From: Candidatus Latescibacterota bacterium
GTDB lineage: Bacteria > Latescibacterota > UBA2968
Assembly: GCA_965198115.1 (NCBI GenBank)
Contig: OZ240241.1
Coordinates: forward strand, 3,904,001 to 3,968,000
Length of the DNA: 64,000 nucleotides
Direction: 5' to 3'
The position numbers and the translations under genes were made by a program. Below the pieces are notes generated by a model. It was given only the letters and a program-made list of their open reading frames with translations. It ran no database searches and was not told the origin of the DNA. Positions 53,289 to 63,276 of this stretch are shown one piece after another (position 1 is the first letter of the stretch; every line of letters begins with the position of its first letter).

Positions 53289-53555
53289 AAGGGAGGCTCT
53301 TACATATTTCTGGAACTGTCAAACTCTGGGAGTCTCCCCGGCAGAGCCGGGGGCTTACCAAGGTTTAGTTATTTGCGTATGGAGGGTGGGCATTCTACAA
53401 GTTAGGTCTAAGGCAACACTGAGCTGAACAGTAATGACTCACTACGACTTTATAAGGATAAGCAGCAACCGGCTTTCGGGCTATCGCTATATTGGGCCCG
53501 TATTGTAAGCAAGGCGGGAGCCTGGCAACTATGGTAGGATCCTCAAGAGAACCCT

Positions 53556-53688
53556 TGTCACACCGGTACGCTTCCTGGCCGGGCCCCACTTTTCGGTCAC
53601 GCTGGTTCTACGAGAGAGACCGACCCAAGATGGATCTCCCCGGCCAGAGACGACCGGTGGAGGCTTTCGACACACAACCGGGATGACA
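53556..53688. repeat. Palindromic repeat family B
   Basis: tgtcacaccggtacgcttcctggccggg...atggatc...ccgggatgaca. Confidence 0.7.
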
Positions 53689-53966
53689 TTCGTCTTAGCG
53701 GAGGGTAACGGATGTCCCCGTGCGGAAGCACGGGGACGAGCGCGGGTCGATGTCAACGGAAGAAGCCAGGCCGAGCCTGGCAACTATCGTTTCCGTGTCT
53801 TCCGTGTATGGGCTTATCCGAAGCCGTGCCCTCACTGTACCAAGAGGTGGTCCCCATTTCAGGTCTCCCTTTCGTGTATCGTGGTTTTCGTGGTTCTGTG
53901 GTTTTGCCTTTCCTTCCGTGTGTTCCGTGGTCCCCAGGTTTTGTTCGCGTCTTTTAGGAGCGCCAA

Positions 53967-55268
53967 ATGGCCCCCTGGAAAATCGACGTTACCCTCCTCA
54001 ACCTGACCGGCTACTCCAGCAACGGCGCCGAGGTCTGGCTCCTCGACGATGATCGGCTCGTCGTTCGCGTCAACTCCGAATCCGAATCCGGCCTCTGTGA
54101 CGACTTCTTCGTCGAAGACCATCGCACGACGCTCCTCACATCCGTCGACGGCGGCATCACCTGGGAGAACAACGATGGCCCCCTGCCCATACGCGGAGCC
54201 GACGCGCCCGACGGCTCACGCGTCTACATCGGCAACGAGGGGCTGTCCAGCGACGAATTGCGCGATCACCTGGAGCGTGAAGGACTCGGCCATCTCTACA
54301 AACCAGAAGGCCGTATGGCCTATCGCCTCTACAAAGCAGAGAAACGCGCCGACCTCGAAGCGCAGGGTCACATGGTCAGTGACGCGTTCGAAGGCATCGT
54401 CGCCGTCTATCCCCCACTGGCCACGTGTCGATCCACCGACGGTGGCGAGACGTGGACGCGCGAACCGATCCCAAACGCCCCGCGTGGCGACGCCCCCTTG
54501 GGGGCGCACATGGTCGGCTTCTTCGGCCGCACCCTTCGCCTCGACGACGGAACGATCATGGGCTCCCTTTACGGTCGCCTGAACCGCACCGACACCACAA
54601 CACGCGTGTGGGTCGCTCGCACCACCGACGGCGGTCACAACTGGACCTTCACGCCCGTATTTTTCGACCCCGAAGACAAGATCGGCTACAACGAAACCCA
54701 CCTCCTGCGTCTCCGGTCGGGTCGCATCCTCGCCCTCGCGCGCCCGTTGTTCCCCGCCGATCAGAACATGTGGCAGAGCGTCTCCGACGACGACGGCCTC
54801 ACCTGGAGCGAGCCAGCGCAGGTCCCGTTCTGGGGTTTCCCCGGCTATCCCATCCAGCTCACGAATGGCGACATCCTCGTCACCTACGCCCATCGCCGTC
54901 ACCCGGTCGGCGTGCGCGCCTGCCTCAGCCACGACGACGGTGACACCTGGGATGTCAAAAACGAGAAAATCATCCGCGACGACTCGCTACCCAAAGGCGT
55001 CGGCTATCCCCAATCCGTCCAGCTTGCCGACGGGAGCATCCTCAGCGTCTACGCCATGAGCAAGATCGACGCTCTCAAACCGGAAGACGAAATCGGCTAC
55101 GCCAAGAAACTCGTCCTCCACCCCTGGTTTCACACCGTCGCTTGCGCCAGCAAATACAGTCCCGACTATGTCAGAACTCGAGGCCAGGCAGCGACCCCAC
55201 CCGAGGGCGTTCACCCGAGACGCACGGGCCACGGGACGGACCGGATCACCGACAGTCCCCAACGGTAA
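53967..55268 (+). CDS. BNR/Asp-box sialidase-family protein
   Basis: Asp boxes SVDGGITW, STDGGETW, TTDGGHNW, SDDDGLTW, SHDDGDTW; YNE, GYP. Confidence 0.88.
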   Translation: MAPWKIDVTLLNLTGYSSNGAEVWLLDDDRLVVRVNSESESGLCDDFFVEDHRTTLLTSVDGGITWENNDGPLPIRGADAPDGSRVYIGNEGLSSDELRDHLEREGLGHLYKPEGRMAYRLYKAEKRADLEAQGHMVSDAFEGIVAVYPPLATCRSTDGGETWTREPIPNAPRGDAPLGAHMVGFFGRTLRLDDGTIMGSLYGRLNRTDTTTRVWVARTTDGGHNWTFTPVFFDPEDKIGYNETHLLRLRSGRILALARPLFPADQNMWQSVSDDDGLTWSEPAQVPFWGFPGYPIQLTNGDILVTYAHRRHPVGVRACLSHDDGDTWDVKNEKIIRDDSLPKGVGYPQSVQLADGSILSVYAMSKIDALKPEDEIGYAKKLVLHPWFHTVACASKYSPDYVRTRGQAATPPEGVHPRRTGHGTDRITDSPQR

Positions 55269-55389
55269 CGTTACCCCGGGGATCACTGGCCAGCGCAGGA
55301 TCCATCGATTGACTCCGCTCTGTTGGCCGGACTACCTTACGTGCCGATCATACAAACCTCACCCCTGTAATCCAGAACTGGAGGATCTG

Positions 55390-56025
55390 ATGGCCGATAC
55401 GTGGATGTTGCGCGGCGTTGAATACGCAAACTGCAATTGCGCGTACGGTTGCCCCTGTCAATTCACCTCACCCACCACGAACGGATCCTGTGAAGCCGTC
55501 GTGTCCGGGTTAATCGAGGAAGGTCATTTCAACGACACCTCATTAGATGGGCTGAAGTGGGCGATGCTCGTCAAATGGCCCGGCGAAATCGCCGACGGCA
55601 ACGGAACACAGATGGCCATCATCGATGAGTCCGCCGAAGAAGATCAGCGCGCGGCGCTCGGGACGATCCTCTACGGTGGGTCTACGGCCCCTGGAGCGAC
55701 ACATTTCTTCGTCTACAACAGCACGATGAGTGAAACACGCGATCCCGTCTATGCGCCCATCGAGCTGGACATCGACGTGGATGAACGGCAAGCCACCCTT
55801 CGCATCTCCGGTATCGTGGAGTCCGTCGGCACCCCCATCATCAGCCCCTTCACGGGTGAACCGGCGCAAGCCCGCATCAACCTGACCAACGGGTTCGAGT
55901 ATACCTTCGCCGAGATGGGTTCGGGCAAAACGACGTGCGAGGTGCCCGGCCTCGAATTGGAGTTCGACGGGACCTATGGTCAGTTCAACATCCTGCACAT
56001 GAACCAGGACGGCGTCATCCGCTGA
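55390..56025 (+). CDS. DUF1326 family protein
   Basis: NCNCAYGCPC...C, IEEGHF, WPGEIADGNG. Confidence 0.85.
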   Translation: MADTWMLRGVEYANCNCAYGCPCQFTSPTTNGSCEAVVSGLIEEGHFNDTSLDGLKWAMLVKWPGEIADGNGTQMAIIDESAEEDQRAALGTILYGGSTAPGATHFFVYNSTMSETRDPVYAPIELDIDVDERQATLRISGIVESVGTPIISPFTGEPAQARINLTNGFEYTFAEMGSGKTTCEVPGLELEFDGTYGQFNILHMNQDGVIR

Positions 56026-56074
56026 GCGGCCGGCCGATGGCTCAGCCCGAACCGGCGGTCTCCGCTCGCTCCCT

Positions 56075-56653
56075 TTGCGGGACCGCGTGACCATCCTGTC
56101 CATCCTGGGGACCCTCACGCTCTTATCGTGGGTCTACCTAGTCGATATGGCTTTTAGGATGGACGAAATGATGATGATGCAGATGCCGGTGTGGACGACA
56201 TCCTACTTCGTCGCCATGCTGCTGATGTGGATCATCATGATGATCGGGATGATGGTCCCCTCGGCCATCCCCATGGTCCTGATCTTTGCGGCCGTCGCGC
56301 GAAAAGCCGCCGATCAGGGCACCCACGTCTCGACATATTCATTCGTCGTCGGCTACATCGTCATCTGGAGTCTCTTCAGCGTCGTCGCAACACTCGCTCA
56401 GTGGCGTCTGGATGAAGCCGCTCTCCTCTCCCCGATGATGGTCGCGAACAGCCCTGTATTCGGCGCCGGACTCCTGACCGCCGCCGGGCTCTACCAGCTC
56501 ACCCCCATGAAAGACGCCTGCCTGAAGCACTGTCGTTCCCCAGCCCACTTCATCTCCAACAGCTGGAAGCCCGGCACCTTCGGCGCCTTTCGGATGGGAC
56601 TCCACCACGGCGCCTTCTGCCTCGGGTGCTGCTGGGGCCAGAGATTCCCGTGA
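56075..56653 (+). pseudogene. DUF2182 metal-binding membrane protein, C-terminally truncated
   Basis: MWIIMMIGMMVPS, YQLTPMKDACLKHCRSP, CLGCCW followed by an abrupt stop. Confidence 0.7.
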
Positions 56654-57540
56654 CGATCGTGCACGAGCGCCAGAGGTGTTACGGCTTACGATAGATTCCC
56701 TCCCAAGTTACGCTATTCGCGTTCTCACGCACCAAGAACTGACGACCGGAGATAAGGGGGATGAACTCTCTGGGCGTTCCGATGTAGACCGCGCCCGCCC
56801 TTTTCATTTTCCCACACGCGCGAGAAATAGGCTCTCGAACCGCGAAAATAGCGCGTTTCGACCGATTAGGCTCAAGACGTGGCCAGGCCAGGTCCCAGCG
56901 GGCATAGGGGGGTGGAAAACCTGTGGCCGTCCGACCGGAGACCGGTTGAGACCCGTTTCTTTTGCTAATCCGTCCTAATTTCAGTCCCGGACTGGCGCAT
57001 CGCGGCCGTTGTCGACGAAAGGGGGTTTTTCAGGTGTCGTAAACACTTAAACCAGTGCAAAAACAAGAGCTTGCGTCTGTCGACAAGGCGGCTTTGAAGG
57101 TGCTTCCCGAAAATGGCGAAGCGGGGTAGAAAATCGGCCGTTTCCCTGGCGGTGTTGCCGATGGCGGACCCGTCGGAGGTCGAGAGCGTTTCGCGTCCCG
57201 ATCCCCCGGAATGTGCCAAACGCGTTCGCGTAAAGAAAGGGACATCAGGCGTAGGTCCGACAACCGCTTTTGGCCGTTGCGCCTTGTAAGTACTCCTATG
57301 GCACTATGTCGTATGGCCGCCAGATCTTAGGTGACCCTCAACTCATTAGGGAACGGTCTCCACTGTTAACCGTATTGAAACGATTCTGCCTATTCTGCGA
57401 ATAGCTTAAGCCGGGCGGAGAATTATCGCAAGGCGTCACACCAGAGGGACCTGTCCAGATGGAATCGGTCGTGGTGCCTGGAGGAAAGCGCGAAGCAATC
57501 GCGTCCATCGATCAGGCGCAGACATCGCAGTGAACTAATA

Positions 57541-57575
57541 AGCCCCCGCAAGTAGTGTCTCGCGGGGGCTATTGA
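57541..57575. terminator. Probable bidirectional intrinsic terminator
   Basis: agcccccgc-N12-gcgggggct with AT-rich flanks, just past the stop of 57619-58641. Confidence 0.6.
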
Positions 57576-57618
57576 TTGTTCCGGTCAACAGCAAACGGAT
57601 CACGGTCAACGATGTCCT

Positions 57619-58641
57619 CTACGCAAGCGCCTCTCTGGCGCGCGTCGCCTCCGGTGTATCTGGAATCCTCTTGATCATTCGTCTCAGATGATGCTGTGCC
57701 CCAGGATCGCCGCCGCGCGCGAGTTCGAGCGCCTCCTCGAAACCCTGCAACCCCCATCGATCGATCCGCTCCATCACCTCGAGGTCGTATTTCTTCCAGT
57801 AGTACTTGAGATCGTCCGTTTCCCAGTTCGCATAAACCTGATCCCAGTCGAACGACGATAGATTACTCATGTGAGGGACCAGGTTCTTCTCGGAGATGGG
57901 GATGTCCATCGCCTGATACCGATTATCGAGCGAGATGCGCATACGATCCTCGGTCACATTGGGCAGTGCTTGATGCACTATCAGGCTGTGGAAAATCAGC
58001 GAGTCGCCGATTTCGAAGTCGGATGAATGCCACTGCCCGTCCAACTCGTCCTCGATGATGGCCAGTGCGCCTGCACCTAGCGAAAAGTGATGGTCGTGCA
58101 CGGCATTAACGTGATGCGAACCGGGAATCACGGCGAGCGGTCCCAACTCGATCGGACAGTCCCCGATCGGTGCCCAGCACGTGTAGGTGTTGTAGCTGCC
58201 CTGGAAATGAACGTAATCCTGATGGATCGGCGTCGTGTGATCGGTGTACTGAGGATACCAGAGCCGCAGGATTTTCTGCGGATGCGGCAGGACTTCCTCG
58301 CCGATCACCTTCTCCATCATCTCCATCACTTCCGGCCAGTGTCCAGACCGATGGAATGATTCCAGACTGTAGACGAGGTGATGGACGTCTGTGTATTCGA
58401 TGTCCCCTTCGGTACACCGCGTCGAGATGTCGGCGATCCCGTCCATGACATCCGTCCCCTGGACGAGCCATCCACCATCCATCATCACGCTCAACACGTC
58501 GCGCCGCAGCGACAGAAGCTTGTCCTTGTCCTGCAGTCCACGGATGAAGAGGTAGCCTTCATCTGTGATGCGCCGGCGAATCTCTTCCGGATCGTCCAGC
58601 GCGTCGTTCGATTCTCTGAAAGGCCGGATGTCGTCTGCCAT
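57619..58641 (-). CDS. PhyH family dioxygenase
   Basis: DEGYLFIRG, TPIHQD, PGSH, FHSLIVH, RISLDNRY. Confidence 0.9.
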   Translation of the reverse strand: MADDIRPFRESNDALDDPEEIRRRITDEGYLFIRGLQDKDKLLSLRRDVLSVMMDGGWLVQGTDVMDGIADISTRCTEGDIEYTDVHHLVYSLESFHRSGHWPEVMEMMEKVIGEEVLPHPQKILRLWYPQYTDHTTPIHQDYVHFQGSYNTYTCWAPIGDCPIELGPLAVIPGSHHVNAVHDHHFSLGAGALAIIEDELDGQWHSSDFEIGDSLIFHSLIVHQALPNVTEDRMRISLDNRYQAMDIPISEKNLVPHMSNLSSFDWDQVYANWETDDLKYYWKKYDLEVMERIDRWGLQGFEEALELARGGDPGAQHHLRRMIKRIPDTPEATRAREALA

Positions 58642-58780
58642 AATCTCGCCCATTTGGTAAACAAACACGAAGTCGCGAAGCCTGCCCATCGAAGCCTTGG
58701 CGCAGGTGGGACACGAAGGGGCTGGATGAAAGATAGCCGTTCAAGCGATAGCGGCAAGCTGCGACCCGGGGGCAACGTAC

Positions 58781-58871
58781 TGTCATCCCGGCAGGCTTCA
58801 GGCCGGGATCCACTTTCACCGTCCGGGAAAGTTCAGAATGGACCCCGGCCAAGAACCGTACCGGGGTGACA
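58781..58871. repeat. Palindromic repeat family B, uninterrupted copy
   Basis: tgtcatcccgg..ggccgggatcca...atggaccccggcc..ccggggtgaca. Confidence 0.8.
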
Positions 58872-58983
58872 TCGTCTCCGTGCGCTGAGTTATGTGTTCT
58901 CTTCTGACCCAGCGTTCTATGAAGCAGAGCTCACGGACGGTGCCCTTTCAGGGCACTATGACACGATTTGTGTGTATTCGTGT

Positions 58984-61011
58984 TCATTTGTGGCTGCTTT
59001 GGTTTTGCGATTCCAGCACGATCTCCGCGACGTCCTTCACCTTCATGACATCCCCGGCCCTGGCATTGGCATCGCCCAGCATCCTCGCACAGAAGGGACA
59101 ACCTACCGCGAGGGTTTCGGCGCCGGTTTCGTTGGCCTCTGCGTAGCGCACGTCGCTGACCACTTTAGAACCCTGTTCCTCTTCCTTCCACATCTGAGCG
59201 CCACCACCACCACAGCAGAATGAATTCCGTCTGTTTTGTGGCATTTCACGGACTCGCGTTCCCGACTTTTCGAGCGATAGTCGGGGAGCGTCATACGTCC
59301 CGCTGTGCCGACCGAGGTAGCAGGGGTCGTGGAAGGTAACATTCTCACCGGCACCCGCGTTCGTTTCGAGCAGCCCGCCATCGATCGACTCCTGGATCAG
59401 CTGGGTGTGGTGGATGACCTCGTACTCTCCCCCCAGGTCCGGATACTCGCTGCCCAGTGTGTGTGCACAATGCGGGCAGCCCGTGACGATCCGCTTTTTG
59501 TCGACGTCAGCCGTGTTCAGGGTCTTGATGTTCTGCTTCGCCATCTCGTAAAAGAGATGTTCGTTCCCCGAGCGGCGTGCCACGTCACCCGTGCACGACT
59601 CCTCGTTGCCCAAAACAGCGAAACTGATTCCGGCCCGATGCATCAGCGTCGCGATGGCTCGAGCAACGCGCTGCGCAGTCGGGTCGAATGCCCCCGCGCA
59701 ACCGACCCAATAGAGCAAATCGTAGTCAGGGTTCTGCTCAACCGTGGGCACGTCGAAATCCAGCGGTTTCGTCCACGCCAGACGGTCTTCCGTCATCTGC
59801 CATGGATTCCCATTCCGTTCCATCCCGGTGTAGGCGCCTCTGAGCTCATCGGGAAACTTCCCGTTCATCAGAACCTGATCGCGTCGAACATCCAGAATGT
59901 CGAACATCGGTTCGTTCCCGACTGGACACGCTTCTGCGCACGCTCCGCAACTCAAACACGCCCACGTCGCGGACTCGCTAATTGCGTAGTCCATCAGCGT
60001 TCCGCCGTCCTCATCGCCTGAAGCGAGTCCCTTCAGATTCTGCTTCAGGTACGCGCGTTTGTTGACCTCCAGCGCCGAGGGCGACAGTTCTTTCCTCGTC
60101 ACATAAGCGGGACAGACATCCTGGCATCGGTTGCACGCGATGCACGCGAACCCGTCCAAGATCTGCGTGCGCGATAGATCCGTCAGACGAGCGACGCCGA
60201 ACTGCTCGAGCGTTTCATCCTCGAAATCGACGGCCTCGAGGGCGCCGGAGGATCTGCGATCGGGACGCGTCATCCAGTTGAGCGGCCCCATGAACAGATG
60301 GGCGTGCTTCGAATACGGAAAGTAGGGAAGGAAGGCGAGGATCAGGCCCAACGCGAGCCACCAGCACACGTGCCGTGCGACATCGAGTTGAGACGCGTGC
60401 AGACCGGCCCACAGATGAGCCACGGCGCCCGCGACCGGCTGCCAGGGATCCGCCCCCTCCTGTGCGATGGCGACGGTGGCACCGAGGAATCGGAATCCGA
60501 CGTGGCCCAGAATGAACAGACCGACGATCAATGAATCCCGCGAGATTCCCGTCAGTGCGTCAGGGTAAAGCTTGATGTTATCGTGGTAGTCGAGGGAATC
60601 AGACCGTGCAACGAATCGTCTGGCCAGGAGGAAGGTCACGCCAACCAGCGCCGCCACCGTCAGAACGTCGCTCAACAGCCGGAACAGATCCCATCCCAGG
60701 GATGGGGCGCGCTCGTGAGAAACGACGAAGAAGCCTTCGGCGAGATCCACCAGGTTCACGAGCAGGTAGAACAGGAATCCCCACGCAACGAAGGCGTGGA
60801 GAATCGACACAAGGGGACGGCGACGGACCATCCAACCCTGAGTGACAAGTGCGCCGAGACCCTCGATCATGCGCCGTGGCAACGCAGCCCAATGCAGTAT
60901 GCCCTGTCCACGATTGATCACGCGGATCATTCGTCTGAACGTGATGAATGTCCACGACAGGGAGATGAGTGTTGCTACGACGAAGAGGGTTTTTTCAATG
61001 GGTGTCAGCAT
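58984..61011 (-). CDS. Membrane Fe-S oxidoreductase (FadF/EtfD-like; HdrD/GlpC CCG domains)
   Basis: N-terminal TM helices, CIACNRCQDVCP, CLSCGACAEACP, TFHDPCYLGR, CCGGGG. Confidence 0.9.
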   Translation of the reverse strand: MLTPIEKTLFVVATLISLSWTFITFRRMIRVINRGQGILHWAALPRRMIEGLGALVTQGWMVRRRPLVSILHAFVAWGFLFYLLVNLVDLAEGFFVVSHERAPSLGWDLFRLLSDVLTVAALVGVTFLLARRFVARSDSLDYHDNIKLYPDALTGISRDSLIVGLFILGHVGFRFLGATVAIAQEGADPWQPVAGAVAHLWAGLHASQLDVARHVCWWLALGLILAFLPYFPYSKHAHLFMGPLNWMTRPDRRSSGALEAVDFEDETLEQFGVARLTDLSRTQILDGFACIACNRCQDVCPAYVTRKELSPSALEVNKRAYLKQNLKGLASGDEDGGTLMDYAISESATWACLSCGACAEACPVGNEPMFDILDVRRDQVLMNGKFPDELRGAYTGMERNGNPWQMTEDRLAWTKPLDFDVPTVEQNPDYDLLYWVGCAGAFDPTAQRVARAIATLMHRAGISFAVLGNEESCTGDVARRSGNEHLFYEMAKQNIKTLNTADVDKKRIVTGCPHCAHTLGSEYPDLGGEYEVIHHTQLIQESIDGGLLETNAGAGENVTFHDPCYLGRHSGTYDAPRLSLEKSGTRVREMPQNRRNSFCCGGGGAQMWKEEEQGSKVVSDVRYAEANETGAETLAVGCPFCARMLGDANARAGDVMKVKDVAEIVLESQNQSSHK

Positions 61012-61030
61012 TTGAAATGAATCTTAGGCA

Positions 61031-61148
61031 AATGGACCCCCTTCGACAGGCTCAGGACAGGCGGCCAAAAAGCATACCGGGGTGACAGTGTGTTTCGTGG
61101 ATGCAACAGGCTCAGTTCGCAGCCTCCCTCGACGTAGCTCGGGACAGG
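61031..61148. repeat. Family B half-repeat with inserted 22-23-nt element, plus a free copy at 61126-61148
   Basis: atggaccc[ccttcgacaggctcaggacagg]cggcc...ccggggtgaca; ccctcgacgtagctcgggacagg. Confidence 0.8.
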
Positions 61149-61224
61149 GTCCGGCTGCTCCCACCGAAGACGTGATACACCAAGGAAATGCCACGCCCGC
61201 TCACCCGCTCGCCATGTCTCACGT

Positions 61225-62220
61225 TCATCTGTCTAGCGTACCCAAGCGCTTCTTGAACTCCTCGGTCAGCGCCGGCACGTATTTGAACAGATCCCCCACG
61301 ATGCCGTAGTGTGCGTGGTTGAAGATCGGGGCTTCCGGGTCCTGGTTGATCGCGACGATCACCTTCGACGTCTTCATGCCCGCCAGATGCTGAATCGCCC
61401 CCGAGATACCGCAGGCGATGTAGAGATCGGGCTGCACGGTTTTCCCCGTCTGTCCCACCTGATGGGCATAGGGAATCCATCCCGCATCCACCGCCGCTCG
61501 ACTCGCGCCCATCGCTCCGTGGACGGCATCGGCCAGCGCCTGGATCGGTCCGAAGCCATCGGGCCCGCCAACGCCCCGCCCTCCGGAAACGACGATCTTC
61601 GTGTCCGTCAAACTGACTTTACCGGATGCGAACTCATAGGAATCGATCACCGAGGGGATGTCGTCTTCAGACAACACGGAATCAACCTTCTCGATGACCC
61701 CGCTCCTCCCTGTATCCCGTTCTCCGACTGGGAAGACACGTCTGCGCACGGTGATCACGTTCGGTCGCTTCTCAGCAAACCGGACGGTCGCCAGGAGATT
61801 CCCGATCAGGGCGGGACGTGTAGCCACGAGCACGCCATCCTCGACCGCGAGCGCGATACAGTCTGACGCCAATCCCGAACCCAGCTTCGCAGCCACGAAG
61901 GCAGCCAGCTCCTGTCCCGCCTGGCTGGCGCCCATCACGATCGCATCGGGCGTCTCGGCCTCTGCCACGCTCGTCACCACAGCCGCGTAAGGCTCGACCC
62001 TGAAGCCCGAAAGCGTCGGGTCATCGACCACAATCGCCCGATCGGCCCCGTGTTGGATGGCCTCGTTCGCCAGGTCGTCGACCCCATCACCAAGCACGAG
62101 TGCGACGACCTCGCCTCCGGTTTCTCTAACCACGGATCGGGCAGCGCTCAGCGCCTCCCACGCGATGGGATCAGTCGTTTCGTTGTTTTGATCGATCCAG
62201 ACGAGAATGGAATTCGGCAT
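61225..62220 (-). CDS. etfA: Electron transfer flavoprotein alpha subunit
   Basis: VSGGRG, GASRAAVDAGW, QVGQTGK, GISGAIQHLAGM. Confidence 0.97.
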   Translation of the reverse strand: MPNSILVWIDQNNETTDPIAWEALSAARSVVRETGGEVVALVLGDGVDDLANEAIQHGADRAIVVDDPTLSGFRVEPYAAVVTSVAEAETPDAIVMGASQAGQELAAFVAAKLGSGLASDCIALAVEDGVLVATRPALIGNLLATVRFAEKRPNVITVRRRVFPVGERDTGRSGVIEKVDSVLSEDDIPSVIDSYEFASGKVSLTDTKIVVSGGRGVGGPDGFGPIQALADAVHGAMGASRAAVDAGWIPYAHQVGQTGKTVQPDLYIACGISGAIQHLAGMKTSKVIVAINQDPEAPIFNHAHYGIVGDLFKYVPALTEEFKKRLGTLDR

Positions 62221-62254
62221 GGGTATTATGTATATCGGCCGTGGCCGCCGAGGG

Positions 62255-62343
62255 TATCGCGGACCGATGGCCCGCTTGACGGTGACCTGCCCGTTGCACC
62301 CAGCCCGTTGGGCTGGGCTAGGATATCACGGGCCGTTGGCCCG
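62255..62343. repeat. Palindromic repeat family C, copy 2
   Basis: Matches 21561-21630. Confidence 0.8.
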
Positions 62344-62423
62344 TGGACCATCCAACGCCTTTGAGGGACTTTCTTTCGGAACTCGGATATCGCTACTCGG
62401 CACTCGGATATCGGTTTACTGCC

Positions 62424-63242
62424 CTAAATCACCTGATCGGCAATTAACCGGTCCGCCAGGGTCTTCGCGGCGTCGGCCGGGTCGCCGTCGATCAACTCGA
62501 GGCTCGCATCGCGTACGGGGGGAAGTGAGAGGTCCGAACGGATGAGCTGGGATCCGGCTTCTCCGACACGATCGGCTTCCAACCCGAGATCGCCGATCGT
62601 CCAGACGGGGATATCCGCGTTAGCCGCCTTCCGAATCCCGATGAACGTCGGGTAGCGTGGCTCGTTGATCTCCTTCACGACCGTCACCACGGCGGGCAGC
62701 GTCGACGATATCGTCTCGCGCCCATTCTCGAGCAACCTGACCGCATTGAGACTACCCTCCGACGGATCGACCGACAACTCGGCGACATACGAAATCGGCG
62801 GAACACCGAGTAACGCCGCAACCTGAACGGCCGTCGCCGCGTGGTTGTCGTCGATCGATGCACGTCCCCCGACGATGAGGTCGAAATCTCCCACCTTATG
62901 AATGGCCGCCACCAGCACACGTGCGGTCGCGAGGCTGTCGCTGCCCTCCAGCGCCTCATCGGAGATCAGGATGGCTTCGTCTGCCCCCATCGCGAGCCCT
63001 GTCTTCAGCGCCTCGGCCGCCTCCGGCTCGCCCACGGACAGCACCGTCACCTTTCCGCCGTGCGCTTCCTTCAGCTGAATCGCGGTCTCCAGCGTATACT
63101 CGTCCCAAGGATTGACGATGCGCGGCTGGCCCTCCTGCATCAGCTGAAGGCCATCGACCGTCCCCGAAAGCTGGGCAGTGTCGGGCACCTGTTTGACGAG
63201 AGCGATGATGTTCATTTTAGATTTTGACTTAACGTCAGCCAT
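62424..63242 (-). CDS. etfB: Electron transfer flavoprotein beta subunit
   Basis: VKQVPD, NPWDEY, LAMGADEA, NEPRYP. Confidence 0.97.
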   Translation of the reverse strand: MADVKSKSKMNIIALVKQVPDTAQLSGTVDGLQLMQEGQPRIVNPWDEYTLETAIQLKEAHGGKVTVLSVGEPEAAEALKTGLAMGADEAILISDEALEGSDSLATARVLVAAIHKVGDFDLIVGGRASIDDNHAATAVQVAALLGVPPISYVAELSVDPSEGSLNAVRLLENGRETISSTLPAVVTVVKEINEPRYPTFIGIRKAANADIPVWTIGDLGLEADRVGEAGSQLIRSDLSLPPVRDASLELIDGDPADAAKTLADRLIADQVI

Positions 63243-63276
63243 GCGTCCCTAGTGCACAATGCGTCCCTGTGCACAG

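Larger units (their letters stand above)
48402..53367 (-). mobile_element. IS200/IS605 second copy, fragmented by nested insertions
   Basis: Pieces 48402-48568, 51516-51914 and 53289-53367 reassemble to the reverse complement of 8756-9392 (with an 8-bp deletion). Confidence 0.95.

Noticed and set aside
53683-54052. ORFs 53683-54006 and 53720-54052
   Set aside because: They translate the low-complexity 9-mer repeat tract; unlikely to be real genes.
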